64,000 nucleotides of DNA from Myxococcota bacterium (GTDB lineage: Bacteria; Myxococcota_A; SURF-8), in the NCBI GenBank assembly GCA_965140415.1, contig OZ223209.1:4768001-4832000 (forward strand), written 5' to 3'. Numbering within the stretch: the stretch's first letter is position 1; every line of letters begins with the position of its first letter. The position numbers were made by a program, and so were the translations under genes. Positions 50,783 through 59,628 of the stretch are shown here, in pieces. A model generated the notes under the pieces. The model was not told where the DNA came from. It searched no databases and worked only from the letters and a program-made list of their open reading frames with translations.

Positions 50783-53700
50783 TTACAGTTCGTAAGCCTC
50801 GATACCTTCCCAACCGAAGGGGACATACAGCATATCACCCACACGTACCGCCTTCATCGCGTTGTAATAGGAATTGCTGTAGAATTCAGGGGCCTGTAAT
50901 TCGGTGCTGACGCCGTCGCCGTCGATGTACACCAGCCGCATTTTGTCGGTGTAACTTCCATAGGTGTTACCCATCAACAACAGACCGCCACCCTGCACGA
51001 CCTGGAAGGTGTTTACACCGGCAAACTCCATGCTGTCTTCCAATTCGCCATCTTCCATGTTGTAGATCTTGATACCGATGCGGTCCGAAGTGCTGTCGTA
51101 TTCACCGTAGGTGCAACCACCCGGATACGCGGCGTCGGAAACCGCCACATCATAACCATAACTGTAGTTATAGTAACCGTAACGGGATTCGATTACGAAG
51201 ACGTGGTCGTTTTCGGCGTGCAAGCCGGAAAAGCTCAGTTCGACTTCTTCATCCATCGTGCGCGTCACTTTGCGCTCTCTCGTTTCTTCAGCAACGATTT
51301 CTTCATCGTCTGGATCGACGCTGGTTCCGTCACCGCTATCCGCTGTCGTCGGGTTCGGCTCCTGTCCATCCACCGAAGGCGGTTCGACATCGCCGTCGGA
51401 GTAGTAGGAATCGTGATAATAGCAGTACTGATCGGTATAAAGCGGAATCGAAACGATGCGGCTGGCATGATCGCCGTTCCGGCTCAACAGTTCCAGCGAA
51501 TACCGGCAAGCCGTGTATTCCTGTTCCGAGGCTGTGGTGAACTGACGGTCGATCGAGGCCATGCGGTTGGTGTCCGCACTCAGCGCGATCAACTGACCGG
51601 GGATGTTGATTTTGTTGTCGAGTTTCACATCATCGGGTGTAGTTGCATCGAAACGAGACGCATAACACTTGGTCATCGGCAGGCCATCATCGTTGACGGA
51701 AACATCTTCGCAGGTCGGCGCCCACAAGGAGGTGCCGCGCACGATCGGAGCCACACCATAGTCTGTCAAGGGGCTCAGCCCATCGACGGAGTCGCTTTTG
51801 GTGACATTGTCGATATCGTTTACGTTGTAAAAATTCAGCTTGCGGCCATTTTCCTGAACTTCGAAGGTCGCCACCACGTTGTTTTCCAGAATAACCGGCG
51901 TGCTGCCGCTGTAGTAATAGTAGCTGTCGTCGCCGCTGCCTTCCAGCACCGCGCTGCCCAGATATTCGGGATTGGCGGAGTCGGAGAGGTCGAACTCGTG
52001 AATGCGGTTCTGCTGGTCGTCGTTCCATTCGCCGCCACCATCAGCCATCGGTCCCCAGTAGCCGTAGCTTTCGGAAAGAACGAAGACCCGGTCGCCGTTG
52101 GCCAGAATCGTGTTCCAGCTACCACCATAACCTTCCATCTGCTCCAGCATCCGGCTCTTGAAATAGGGCGTATCTCCCGGATTGGAGGGATCGTACAAGC
52201 GCAAGCGACTGGGTGAACTGTAGTAACCCGCGCCCAGGTTGCACAACACGTCGCCGCAGAGATTCAGATCGGTGACGTAGCCCGCCACCTGCACGTCGGA
52301 AACGATTTCCGGATTGTCGCGGTCGCTGAAATCGATCAACTGTACGTCGGTTTCCGACAACGAAGCCAGGTAATCACCCGCCACGAAACCACGTCGCACG
52401 GGCGTATCGCTGGCAACGGAACCACGCTTGGTCAAACTGGTTTCGGAGAAATCGATCAGGGTAAGCAGGTTGGTCTGCCCATAGCTGCGCTCGTCCCAAC
52501 CGGAAGTCGGCACCAGGATCAGGCCCAGATCGTCATATACTTTAAAAGCTTTCCAGTCATACAACGCTTCGCTCCAGGCGTAGCTTTCGCCCAAAGACAC
52601 CGTGGCCAATTGTTTCGGATCAAGCGGATTCTGTACGTCGAATAACGCCACCTTCACGCGGCGACCATCCTGATCGTCCACGCCGACGCTGTAAATTTTC
52701 GTACCGCGAATTTCCATGTGAGTGGACCAGCCCGGAATCTCCAGTTCGCCTAACACGATGGGGTTGGAGGGGGTGGAAAAGTCCACTACGAACAGCGGAT
52801 CGGTGTTTTCGTAGGTGACGATATACGCCCGGTTGCCGTCGTAGCGCGTGGCATGCAGTTGTTCGTTCTCCATAACCGTCACCATACCCAAACGGCTGAC
52901 GTTATCCGGGTCGGACACATCGAAGGTTTCCAGCCTGGTATCGCCGTTCCACTCATTGGTAATGCTGGTCACGACCAGTACATCGCCGACCTGATGCAGC
53001 TTGAAACGATCCAGCACGCGCGCTGCGGCGTTGAAACTGCCACGCTTGGTAATCGTTCCAGCCGGATCGGAAATGTCCACCACGGTGATATCCGAGGCAT
53101 AACCGCCCTCGCTCCAGTCGTTTTCATAACCGGTGGAAGCCACATACATGGCGTTCTGCGTGACGTACACCGCCCAGCCACCACCTTCGAATTCAAGCAG
53201 ATCGGCCTGGAAAACGTTATTGGGGTTGGCCACGTTGACGGACATGACCTGCACCGTGTAACTCTGCTCGCTGGGTTCGGTACACCAATCCCACCAGGGT
53301 TGCACGCTGCTGACGACGTAAATCACATCGCCCACCTGGCGGCTGTCCACAATCGTTCCCGCCATATCGAAACGCTCGATCAGCAGCGGGTTGGTCGGGT
53401 CACTGACATCGACCGTCACCACCTGGCTGCCGTTGCGCACCTGATCGTCCTCTTCCTGCATAACGCCGGTAAGCAGGATCGTCGCCACGCCGTTGTCCAC
53501 GAACATTTCCTTCGGAGTTCCCTGCATACGCAGGCGTCCCTGAATCTGCATATCCTGCGGATTGGAGAAGTCGATCACCGCCAAGCCACGATAGGAGTTC
53601 AATACGAAAATGCTGTTACCGCTGACTTTGTACAGATCCGATTCGACGATTTCGCGCTCGGCATCGCTACCTGTATCGCCATCCTCCAATGCATCGCCAT

Positions 53701-53875
53701 CGGAATTGGCAGCGGAAGGCGCTTCGTATTGTCGATCATCCCAGCTATCTCCGGGTGCCGCCGAGAAAAACTCTCCGTCGTCACCCTCATTGGAATCTCC
53801 ACTACATGCCGCTAATAGCGATACGAGCAGCAGCCATCCCAACATCGAATAAAGCCTCCAGTTGTTGCGTTTCAT
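50783..53875 (-). CDS. Secreted beta-propeller domain lipoprotein
   Basis: LAAC lipobox; ESDLYK, DSRQVGD, ATRYDGNRAYIVTY..TDPLFVVD, GELEIPGWS, repeated D.SDP.NP; AAAGGA RBS before ATG 53875. Confidence 0.85.
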   Translation of the reverse strand: MKRNNWRLYSMLGWLLLVSLLAACSGDSNEGDDGEFFSAAPGDSWDDRQYEAPSAANSDGDALEDGDTGSDAEREIVESDLYKVSGNSIFVLNSYRGLAVIDFSNPQDMQIQGRLRMQGTPKEMFVDNGVATILLTGVMQEEDDQVRNGSQVVTVDVSDPTNPLLIERFDMAGTIVDSRQVGDVIYVVSSVQPWWDWCTEPSEQSYTVQVMSVNVANPNNVFQADLLEFEGGGWAVYVTQNAMYVASTGYENDWSEGGYASDITVVDISDPAGTITKRGSFNAAARVLDRFKLHQVGDVLVVTSITNEWNGDTRLETFDVSDPDNVSRLGMVTVMENEQLHATRYDGNRAYIVTYENTDPLFVVDFSTPSNPIVLGELEIPGWSTHMEIRGTKIYSVGVDDQDGRRVKVALFDVQNPLDPKQLATVSLGESYAWSEALYDWKAFKVYDDLGLILVPTSGWDERSYGQTNLLTLIDFSETSLTKRGSVASDTPVRRGFVAGDYLASLSETDVQLIDFSDRDNPEIVSDVQVAGYVTDLNLCGDVLCNLGAGYYSSPSRLRLYDPSNPGDTPYFKSRMLEQMEGYGGSWNTILANGDRVFVLSESYGYWGPMADGGGEWNDDQQNRIHEFDLSDSANPEYLGSAVLEGSGDDSYYYYSGSTPVILENNVVATFEVQENGRKLNFYNVNDIDNVTKSDSVDGLSPLTDYGVAPIVRGTSLWAPTCEDVSVNDDGLPMTKCYASRFDATTPDDVKLDNKINIPGQLIALSADTNRMASIDRQFTTASEQEYTACRYSLELLSRNGDHASRIVSIPLYTDQYCYYHDSYYSDGDVEPPSVDGQEPNPTTADSGDGTSVDPDDEEIVAEETRERKVTRTMDEEVELSFSGLHAENDHVFVIESRYGYYNYSYGYDVAVSDAAYPGGCTYGEYDSTSDRIGIKIYNMEDGELEDSMEFAGVNTFQVVQGGGLLLMGNTYGSYTDKMRLVYIDGDGVSTELQAPEFYSNSYYNAMKAVRVGDMLYVPFGWEGIEAYEL

Positions 53876-53971
53876 CTGTCGTCCTTTCTGACTTTTCCTA
53901 GTTTCCACTATCTTCTATACTCAAATTCTCATCTGTTTTCAAGCGCTCTGAAACGATCGCCCTGATTACAA

Positions 53972-53987
53972 AGCAAGAGGCATGCCA
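53972..53987 (-). promoter_or_regulatory. Sigma54 (-24/-12) promoter for the beta-propeller gene
   Basis: Minus strand TGGCATGCCTCTTGCT with GG-N10-GC spacing, about 100 bp upstream of the start. Confidence 0.75.
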
Positions 53988-54083
53988 AGTCAAAACAAGG
54001 CGATTTTCCAATGGTTTTCAGGATATAGCGCCTTGCCGTTTTTGCTGACTGTCAATTCAACAAAGCAGCCAAATTTGCGTCTG

Positions 54084-54097
54084 TGACAAATTTGTCA
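54084..54097. promoter_or_regulatory. Palindromic site, candidate enhancer-binding-protein UAS
   Basis: Perfect TGACAAATTTGTCA about 100 bp upstream of the -24 element. Confidence 0.55.
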
Positions 54098-54193
54098 GAC
54101 CTTTTATAAAAACCTACATCTTTAGACAATCCTCGGTTTGACTTCCCGCCCTCCCTCGCCTAAAATAACGCGACTTTTTTCCAGGAGGGAAGC

Positions 54194-54748
54194 ATGAGAT
54201 GCAATAGCTGGCGCAGCGTGTGCGGCTGGGGGACGATTTATCTGTTTACGCTGTCTCTTATCTGGTTGGCACCCGCCCGGCTTCTAGCCCAGCAAGCCAC
54301 AAGCGAGGCGGTAGAAAAGCCAACCCAAGCCGTCGAGCAGACATCGCCTGAGACTCCCGCCGCAGCGGAACAACCGGCTGCGACCCCGGCAGATTCCCAA
54401 GCAGTCCCTGCCGAAAAGAAAGAAACACGCGGAGTGGGAGAGGCGCGCAAACCAATCGATACCAAAGCTACCCCGGCTACTACTAATGCGAAAACCAAGA
54501 AAAAGACTAAAGAATCCGCTTCCGAACCACTCTACGAAAAGGAAGCCGGGCGCGACAAGGATCGTTTCGATCTGGATTACGCCCCCAGCGATGCGCCCCT
54601 GGTCAACGACGAGGAAAAGAGCGTCCCCTTTTACAAGCACTGGATTTTCTGGACGGTCATCGGTGCGGTGGCGGTAGCGGGCATCGTAGTAGGCGTTAAA
54701 TACGGCGTAGATACAAGCGACAGCATGACGATTGAAGTCACGCGTTAA
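54194..54748 (+). CDS. Exported low-complexity protein with C-terminal PFYKHWIFW hydrophobic segment
   Basis: GGAGG RBS; signal peptide; Ala/Pro/Thr/Lys linker; terminal TM-like segment. Confidence 0.7.
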   Translation: MRCNSWRSVCGWGTIYLFTLSLIWLAPARLLAQQATSEAVEKPTQAVEQTSPETPAAAEQPAATPADSQAVPAEKKETRGVGEARKPIDTKATPATTNAKTKKKTKESASEPLYEKEAGRDKDRFDLDYAPSDAPLVNDEEKSVPFYKHWIFWTVIGAVAVAGIVVGVKYGVDTSDSMTIEVTR

Positions 54749-54761
54749 AGGAAACGAAAAC

Positions 54762-56276
54762 ATGAAGAATCTATCGATCCAACGATTTCTAATCGTCCTG
54801 ATAACCGGCTTGTTGCTGGTAGCCTGTAACGGCGGACAACATTACGATCTGAGCCTGGCGATTGTCGAGCCCACCGACCACGATCCGTTTCAATCGCTGG
54901 AAAAGATCGTCTTCACCGTCACCAATCGCCTGGATGAAGAAGACGTCGAGGAATTCACCTACGAACCGCGCACCGGCTTCAACAATATGGAAGTCGCCCT
55001 GGCGGATCTGAATTATTACCCGGAATTCATATTGACGATGGAAGGCTACGACGCCGAAAACGAGCGCGTCAGCTTCGGACGCACGGCAGACATCACCACC
55101 CAGACCTTCAGCACCGAAGGCGACAGCTTCGCGGTGTATTTTTCCAATGTAGACGCATTGAGTTCGCCACCACTGGAATTATTGTATGCACGCGCCGGAG
55201 TGAAAATGGTCAGTCCCAATAATTACGATGTCCTGATCATAGGCGGGGCGGATATCGATGAAGACGGCAACGAAAAAGATACCGTTCCGCAAGTGGAAAC
55301 CTTTACTCCGCCCACCTATGACATGGGCCTGCTCAAAGAAGGCGAGAGCAGCTATTTTCTGGGACAGGGTCTGATCGGACACGAGGTGATCGTTGTCGAT
55401 GTCGATTCGGTGCTGGTGCTGGGCGGCTACGAAATCGAAGCGGGAGAACAGAGTTGGCAAACAAAACCCGTCGTGATTTCCTCGGAAGAAAGCAGTTTGG
55501 AACGGAGCATTACAGTAAGTGGCACCTTTACACCTCGCATCGCACATCGCATGGCGGGCATATACGATCAGGAAAAAATCCTGATCTGCGGCGGTGAAGA
55601 CAACGAGGGCAATACACTCGATAGCTGCGACTGGTTCCGCATCGATACCGACACCTACGCAAACGGCTTTTCGATGCAAACCGCGCGCAGCGGTCATAGT
55701 ATGACCGCCACCTACGCCGACCTGTTTACGTCTATCGGAATCCTGATTTACGGTGGAAACGCCCAGGGAGAAGCCAGCGCGGAATGGATCGGCACGACCG
55801 ATTCAAAAACATCCCTGATCGAAGGCGCTCCGGAAGAAACGCGCACAAACCACGCCGCCGCATTTTTGTCGGATCGTCGCGTGTTATTAGCCGGTGGATT
55901 GGTTAACGGCACCGCCTCGGCTTCAGGAGTCGTGTTTTATACCGACTGTGCCACTTCCGGCGACTGCGCAGCTTTCGCCGAAATCAAGGATGTATTCACC
56001 ACACCGCGCTACGGACACACATTGACCCCACTATCCGCCACCGAATTATTAGCCTGCGGCGGGCGCGGAACGGATGATCTGGCGCTGGACAGCTGCGAAA
56101 TCATCACAGTCGGCTCGAAAGCGGATATCCACTCTACCCGCAGCCTGACGATGTCGCGCGCACGGGCGGAACACGACGCCCTCCGGCTTCCAGACGGTGC
56201 AGTGCTGCTGACCGGCGGCGTCAACGAAACGGAAGGCGCGCTCAAGTCCATCGAAATCTATCGACCGGGATATTGA
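54762..56276 (+). CDS. Kelch-repeat lipoprotein
   Basis: LVAC lipobox; repeated R..H.......L..GG units (RIAH, RSGH, RTNH, RYGH, RAEH). Confidence 0.85.
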   Translation: MKNLSIQRFLIVLITGLLLVACNGGQHYDLSLAIVEPTDHDPFQSLEKIVFTVTNRLDEEDVEEFTYEPRTGFNNMEVALADLNYYPEFILTMEGYDAENERVSFGRTADITTQTFSTEGDSFAVYFSNVDALSSPPLELLYARAGVKMVSPNNYDVLIIGGADIDEDGNEKDTVPQVETFTPPTYDMGLLKEGESSYFLGQGLIGHEVIVVDVDSVLVLGGYEIEAGEQSWQTKPVVISSEESSLERSITVSGTFTPRIAHRMAGIYDQEKILICGGEDNEGNTLDSCDWFRIDTDTYANGFSMQTARSGHSMTATYADLFTSIGILIYGGNAQGEASAEWIGTTDSKTSLIEGAPEETRTNHAAAFLSDRRVLLAGGLVNGTASASGVVFYTDCATSGDCAAFAEIKDVFTTPRYGHTLTPLSATELLACGGRGTDDLALDSCEIITVGSKADIHSTRSLTMSRARAEHDALRLPDGAVLLTGGVNETEGALKSIEIYRPGY

Positions 56277-56445
56277 AACCGAACTAACAGACCACGTTAC
56301 TCCTACCAACATAACGAACTGATATCATTAAGTAATAGCAAACCTGTACCCAACTCTGTCTTAATGGATTGAGAATGGTTACATTTTTTGATGTTTTTGC
56401 GTTTTGTTCAGGAATAAATCCTATCGAAATCCTATCTATCCTATA

Positions 56446-56594
56446 TCCAATCGCTTCTGTGACACCCGGGACGATTGGACGGTTTTTCCCCCAACCCTGC
56501 ATCGGGGTGAAAAACACACTGGCACCTAACGTGGCATAATAATTAGTATCCTACCCAGCTTGGAGGGGAGTTTTTACTCCCCTCCCCTTCCTTT
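56446..56594 (+). ncRNA. Candidate structured small RNA
   Basis: Three consecutive hairpins plus a 10-bp terminator-like stem in a 476-bp gap between convergent genes. Confidence 0.35.
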
Positions 56595-56752
56595 ATGCGC
56601 AAAGACTCGATGTTACAAGACTGTAATTTTTAAAGAAAAGAGTATTGATCCAGAGATTTCCAGCCGTGTTCCTACGATGGATCAGGATTGTTTCCCGGTC
56701 CGAAACGTTTCAAGCGGGAGGCAATCCCGCTCGATCCAGGGCGCACTCGGAA

Positions 56753-57427
56753 TTACTCCACCGTAAAGGGGATCTTGGTTCTCAGTTGATTCAGAAAACC
56801 TTTGTAGATACTCTCTCCATCCTCATGGAATGAAAGGAAATGGATGCCGAATCCCGGTAAATCACCGGGTTTTAGCGTATCGGGATGATTGACATGTACG
56901 ACCTGCGCGTCAACGATTACCGCTTCGGCTTGGGGAAGATTCAACTTTATGGAAATCTGCTCGTCATTGCTGGGGGGATGATTCGAACTGATGAACATAC
57001 CGGATTGACTGATATTGAAGGTTTTATCGCGCACCAGTTCCTGGCTCGAACGAAACGCGACCTGGATTGTAGACTTGAATCGCTCGCTTTTGCGGCGATC
57101 ACTGAAAGTCCGCATAATTTTTTGAACGAACGTTTCAAATTTCGGACTGCCGTTGACAATGCGGGTACCAAATTCCACCCAACTGTTTTCGCGATCCAAT
57201 AGATCCATGGTCTTGATCCATTGCACGGTCACTTCCAGATCGATGGTTTGCCCTTCCACCTCGACTTGAATGATCAATCGTTGGTTGATACTCGGACCTT
57301 TGGAACAAACAACCGCCATACCACCCAACGATACATCCGAAATAAACCCCTCCCACTCTTCGGGAGGATCGTTAACCAAGGCTGAAATGTGTACGGGGAT
57401 ACGAGGATCTCTACGGCGTTCGTCCAT
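56753..57427 (-). CDS. Double PilZ-domain protein
   Basis: RRDPR + DVSLGG and RKSER + NISQSGMF; GGAGG RBS. Confidence 0.88.
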   Translation of the reverse strand: MDERRRDPRIPVHISALVNDPPEEWEGFISDVSLGGMAVVCSKGPSINQRLIIQVEVEGQTIDLEVTVQWIKTMDLLDRENSWVEFGTRIVNGSPKFETFVQKIMRTFSDRRKSERFKSTIQVAFRSSQELVRDKTFNISQSGMFISSNHPPSNDEQISIKLNLPQAEAVIVDAQVVHVNHPDTLKPGDLPGFGIHFLSFHEDGESIYKGFLNQLRTKIPFTVE

Positions 57428-57505
57428 TCTAACCTCCACTCGTCCTCTGTTCGCTGATGACCTAATTATGCGATTATACCACCGAATTCAACGAGAATCA
57501 ATAAT

Positions 57506-57519
57506 CCGAACGCCCGAAA
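57506..57519. repeat. 14-bp direct repeat, left copy
   Basis: CCGAACGCCCGAAA, identical to 62521-62534. Confidence 0.7.
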
Positions 57520-57600
57520 AATAGTGGGGATTTTCAAATATCTAAATGGTCCTTTTATTGTTTGACATGGACATATAGTCGCCTGACAAAAAAAAGAGGT

Positions 57601-59472
57601 CTAATTTCTGATTTTGAATACGATTACGCTACCCATGTGATCGTCGCAGGGAAATTCTATGACTTTCTCCAGGTTTTGCTTCCACCAGTTAGGAGAGTAG
57701 GCATCCAAATACGAAAGCGTGTACGTCTTATCGACAATATAGTCGATTCGGCGTTCTTTTATGTAGTCTATCAAGGTTCGGTTTCGGTAGTGTCTTTGGA
57801 TATCCGCATTGACCAACCCGTCGAGGTTTACTGTCTTTCGTTCGGAAAATGCGGCCAGAATTCCCGAACTAAACGCCGCAAGTCTTGCATCCTGCGGAAG
57901 ATTGTCCCGACACCACAAGGCTGCATCGTAGTAGCGTTCGTCTTGATTTCGGCCATTCCCTAATTCGCTGATTTTTAAGGTGCGTGCAACGCTGCCCCAA
58001 GCCGACAAAGCGATCAATAAGACGCAAACGGAAGGGAACAGGGCTTTCAAGATGGCAAAGCCGCGTTGGCGCTTTGCACACCACCGAGTTTGAATCGAAG
58101 CTACCGCAACGGCAAACAGCCACAAAAGCACAATGTAACCTACGGAATAATACCAATGCCGCAAATGAGGAAACCTGGCAGCATAATACATCCCCGCCAC
58201 TAGGACCGCAGTTAGACCGGCTAGTCCAGCGAGCAAGGCAGGCCGGACGAAACGGTCGCGTTTGTCTATTGAACCGGAAGTTGTTGCCGTTGCGGGAGTA
58301 TCTTGTTCGGTGTTGCCAGATAAGAGCAGGGAGCTTACATACTTATGTGTCCACGTTTTGCTTCTCAGTCTCTTAGAAACAGTAGTGATGAGCGGAATCA
58401 GAAGGACAATAGGAAACAGCAATTGTCCGAAGGGAATGATAGCGGCGATATTGAATATATATCGGCCGAACAGGCTGGTACCAAAGGCAAGGCATTCACT
58501 TGCGGGTTTGCCGACTAGCATTGATTCCCGCCACAATTGCTTCATTAACGCGCTGTTCTGAACAATCGATCCTGTTTTGAGAAGGCAAAACAGCAACCAG
58601 GGAGTCGTCACAAGGAGGATCATGATGATGACCAAGTGAATTCTAGTTGCGAATAACCATGCCGAAATACTTTTAGGTTCACCTTCTTTCCTTTTGCCAA
58701 GCAGAAAAAATATGATAACGATGAGGGAAGATAGAATCAGGAAAATACCATCGGTTCTGGCCAGAAAGTGAAAACCTAAAAGAAAACCAAGCAACAGAGC
58801 AAGACGATTCGATTTTCGTTTGGAAAGTTTGTCAACTTCGTTTCCGGTCGTCACCTGCCATTCTGCAAGAAACAGCATCAAGACCCATAGGCATAAAACC
58901 GTGCTGAGTCCCGACAGCGGCGCTTCTGTACCGCTGGCCACGTTTTGCAGGGCAGGAAAGCCCACAAGATGAAGCACCGCTAAAGCAACGGCGAAAAAGT
59001 GCGAACAAAAGAGGGAGAGGGCCATTGCCAGCGAAATGGACGCGAACACATGCATGGCGAAGGATAGTTGCAGGCTTAGCCGAAAATGCTGCTCCGGATT
59101 GCCTCTCGTCAAGGTCACCAGCGGCAAATTGAGCAGCATCCAGGCCGGATGATACCCATTGGTAAAGGCTTCACCATCGAAAGTAGATGTTTTGTTGTTC
59201 ACAATATTCTTGGCTATCACGGTGTAAAAGAGCGCATCGTCGGAGAAGATGCTGTGCGAACCGTCCGGATACTCGCCCAACAGGGCGCGCGTAGGCAGGG
59301 AATTCAAATGGGTGTAGAACATGGAGGCGACCAACAAACCGACAATCATGATCAGCATGGCAGTTGTTCTTACAAATCTATCTTTTTGCTCCACTTTTTT
59401 TGTAGCGTGTTCCGTCCGGTTGGGAGACGGTTCGTTATTTCTGTTCGTTGACTTTGCTGACTCCAATAACAT
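57601..59472 (-). CDS. Multi-pass membrane protein, GT-C (ArnT/PMT-like) glycosyltransferase candidate
   Basis: SDDALFY..IAKN, TNGYHP, GTEAPL, ARTD motifs, many TM, C-terminal NLDGLVN domain; start 59472 or 59487. Confidence 0.65.
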   Translation of the reverse strand: MLLESAKSTNRNNEPSPNRTEHATKKVEQKDRFVRTTAMLIMIVGLLVASMFYTHLNSLPTRALLGEYPDGSHSIFSDDALFYTVIAKNIVNNKTSTFDGEAFTNGYHPAWMLLNLPLVTLTRGNPEQHFRLSLQLSFAMHVFASISLAMALSLFCSHFFAVALAVLHLVGFPALQNVASGTEAPLSGLSTVLCLWVLMLFLAEWQVTTGNEVDKLSKRKSNRLALLLGFLLGFHFLARTDGIFLILSSLIVIIFFLLGKRKEGEPKSISAWLFATRIHLVIIMILLVTTPWLLFCLLKTGSIVQNSALMKQLWRESMLVGKPASECLAFGTSLFGRYIFNIAAIIPFGQLLFPIVLLIPLITTVSKRLRSKTWTHKYVSSLLLSGNTEQDTPATATTSGSIDKRDRFVRPALLAGLAGLTAVLVAGMYYAARFPHLRHWYYSVGYIVLLWLFAVAVASIQTRWCAKRQRGFAILKALFPSVCVLLIALSAWGSVARTLKISELGNGRNQDERYYDAALWCRDNLPQDARLAAFSSGILAAFSERKTVNLDGLVNADIQRHYRNRTLIDYIKERRIDYIVDKTYTLSYLDAYSPNWWKQNLEKVIEFPCDDHMGSVIVFKIRN

Positions 59473-59628
59473 GAAAACTCCATTCATGTTGTATCAAGCC
59501 GATCAACTTGATCTTTCCGTTCTCTTTTCGGATCTGAACACATGAAAACACCCGGGATAAGTCAGAAGACCTATCTCAACAATTCATACCTGCTTTTTCA
59601 CCGTGGTAGGAGCATTCGGTTCAACCCT

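Noticed and set aside
56284-56517. 77-aa minus-strand ORF
   Set aside because: No clear RBS or recognisable motif; overlaps the structured region
56520-56536. Sigma54 promoter TGGCACCTAACGTGGCA
   Set aside because: GG-to-GC spacing is 11 rather than 10, and no gene lies downstream in that orientation
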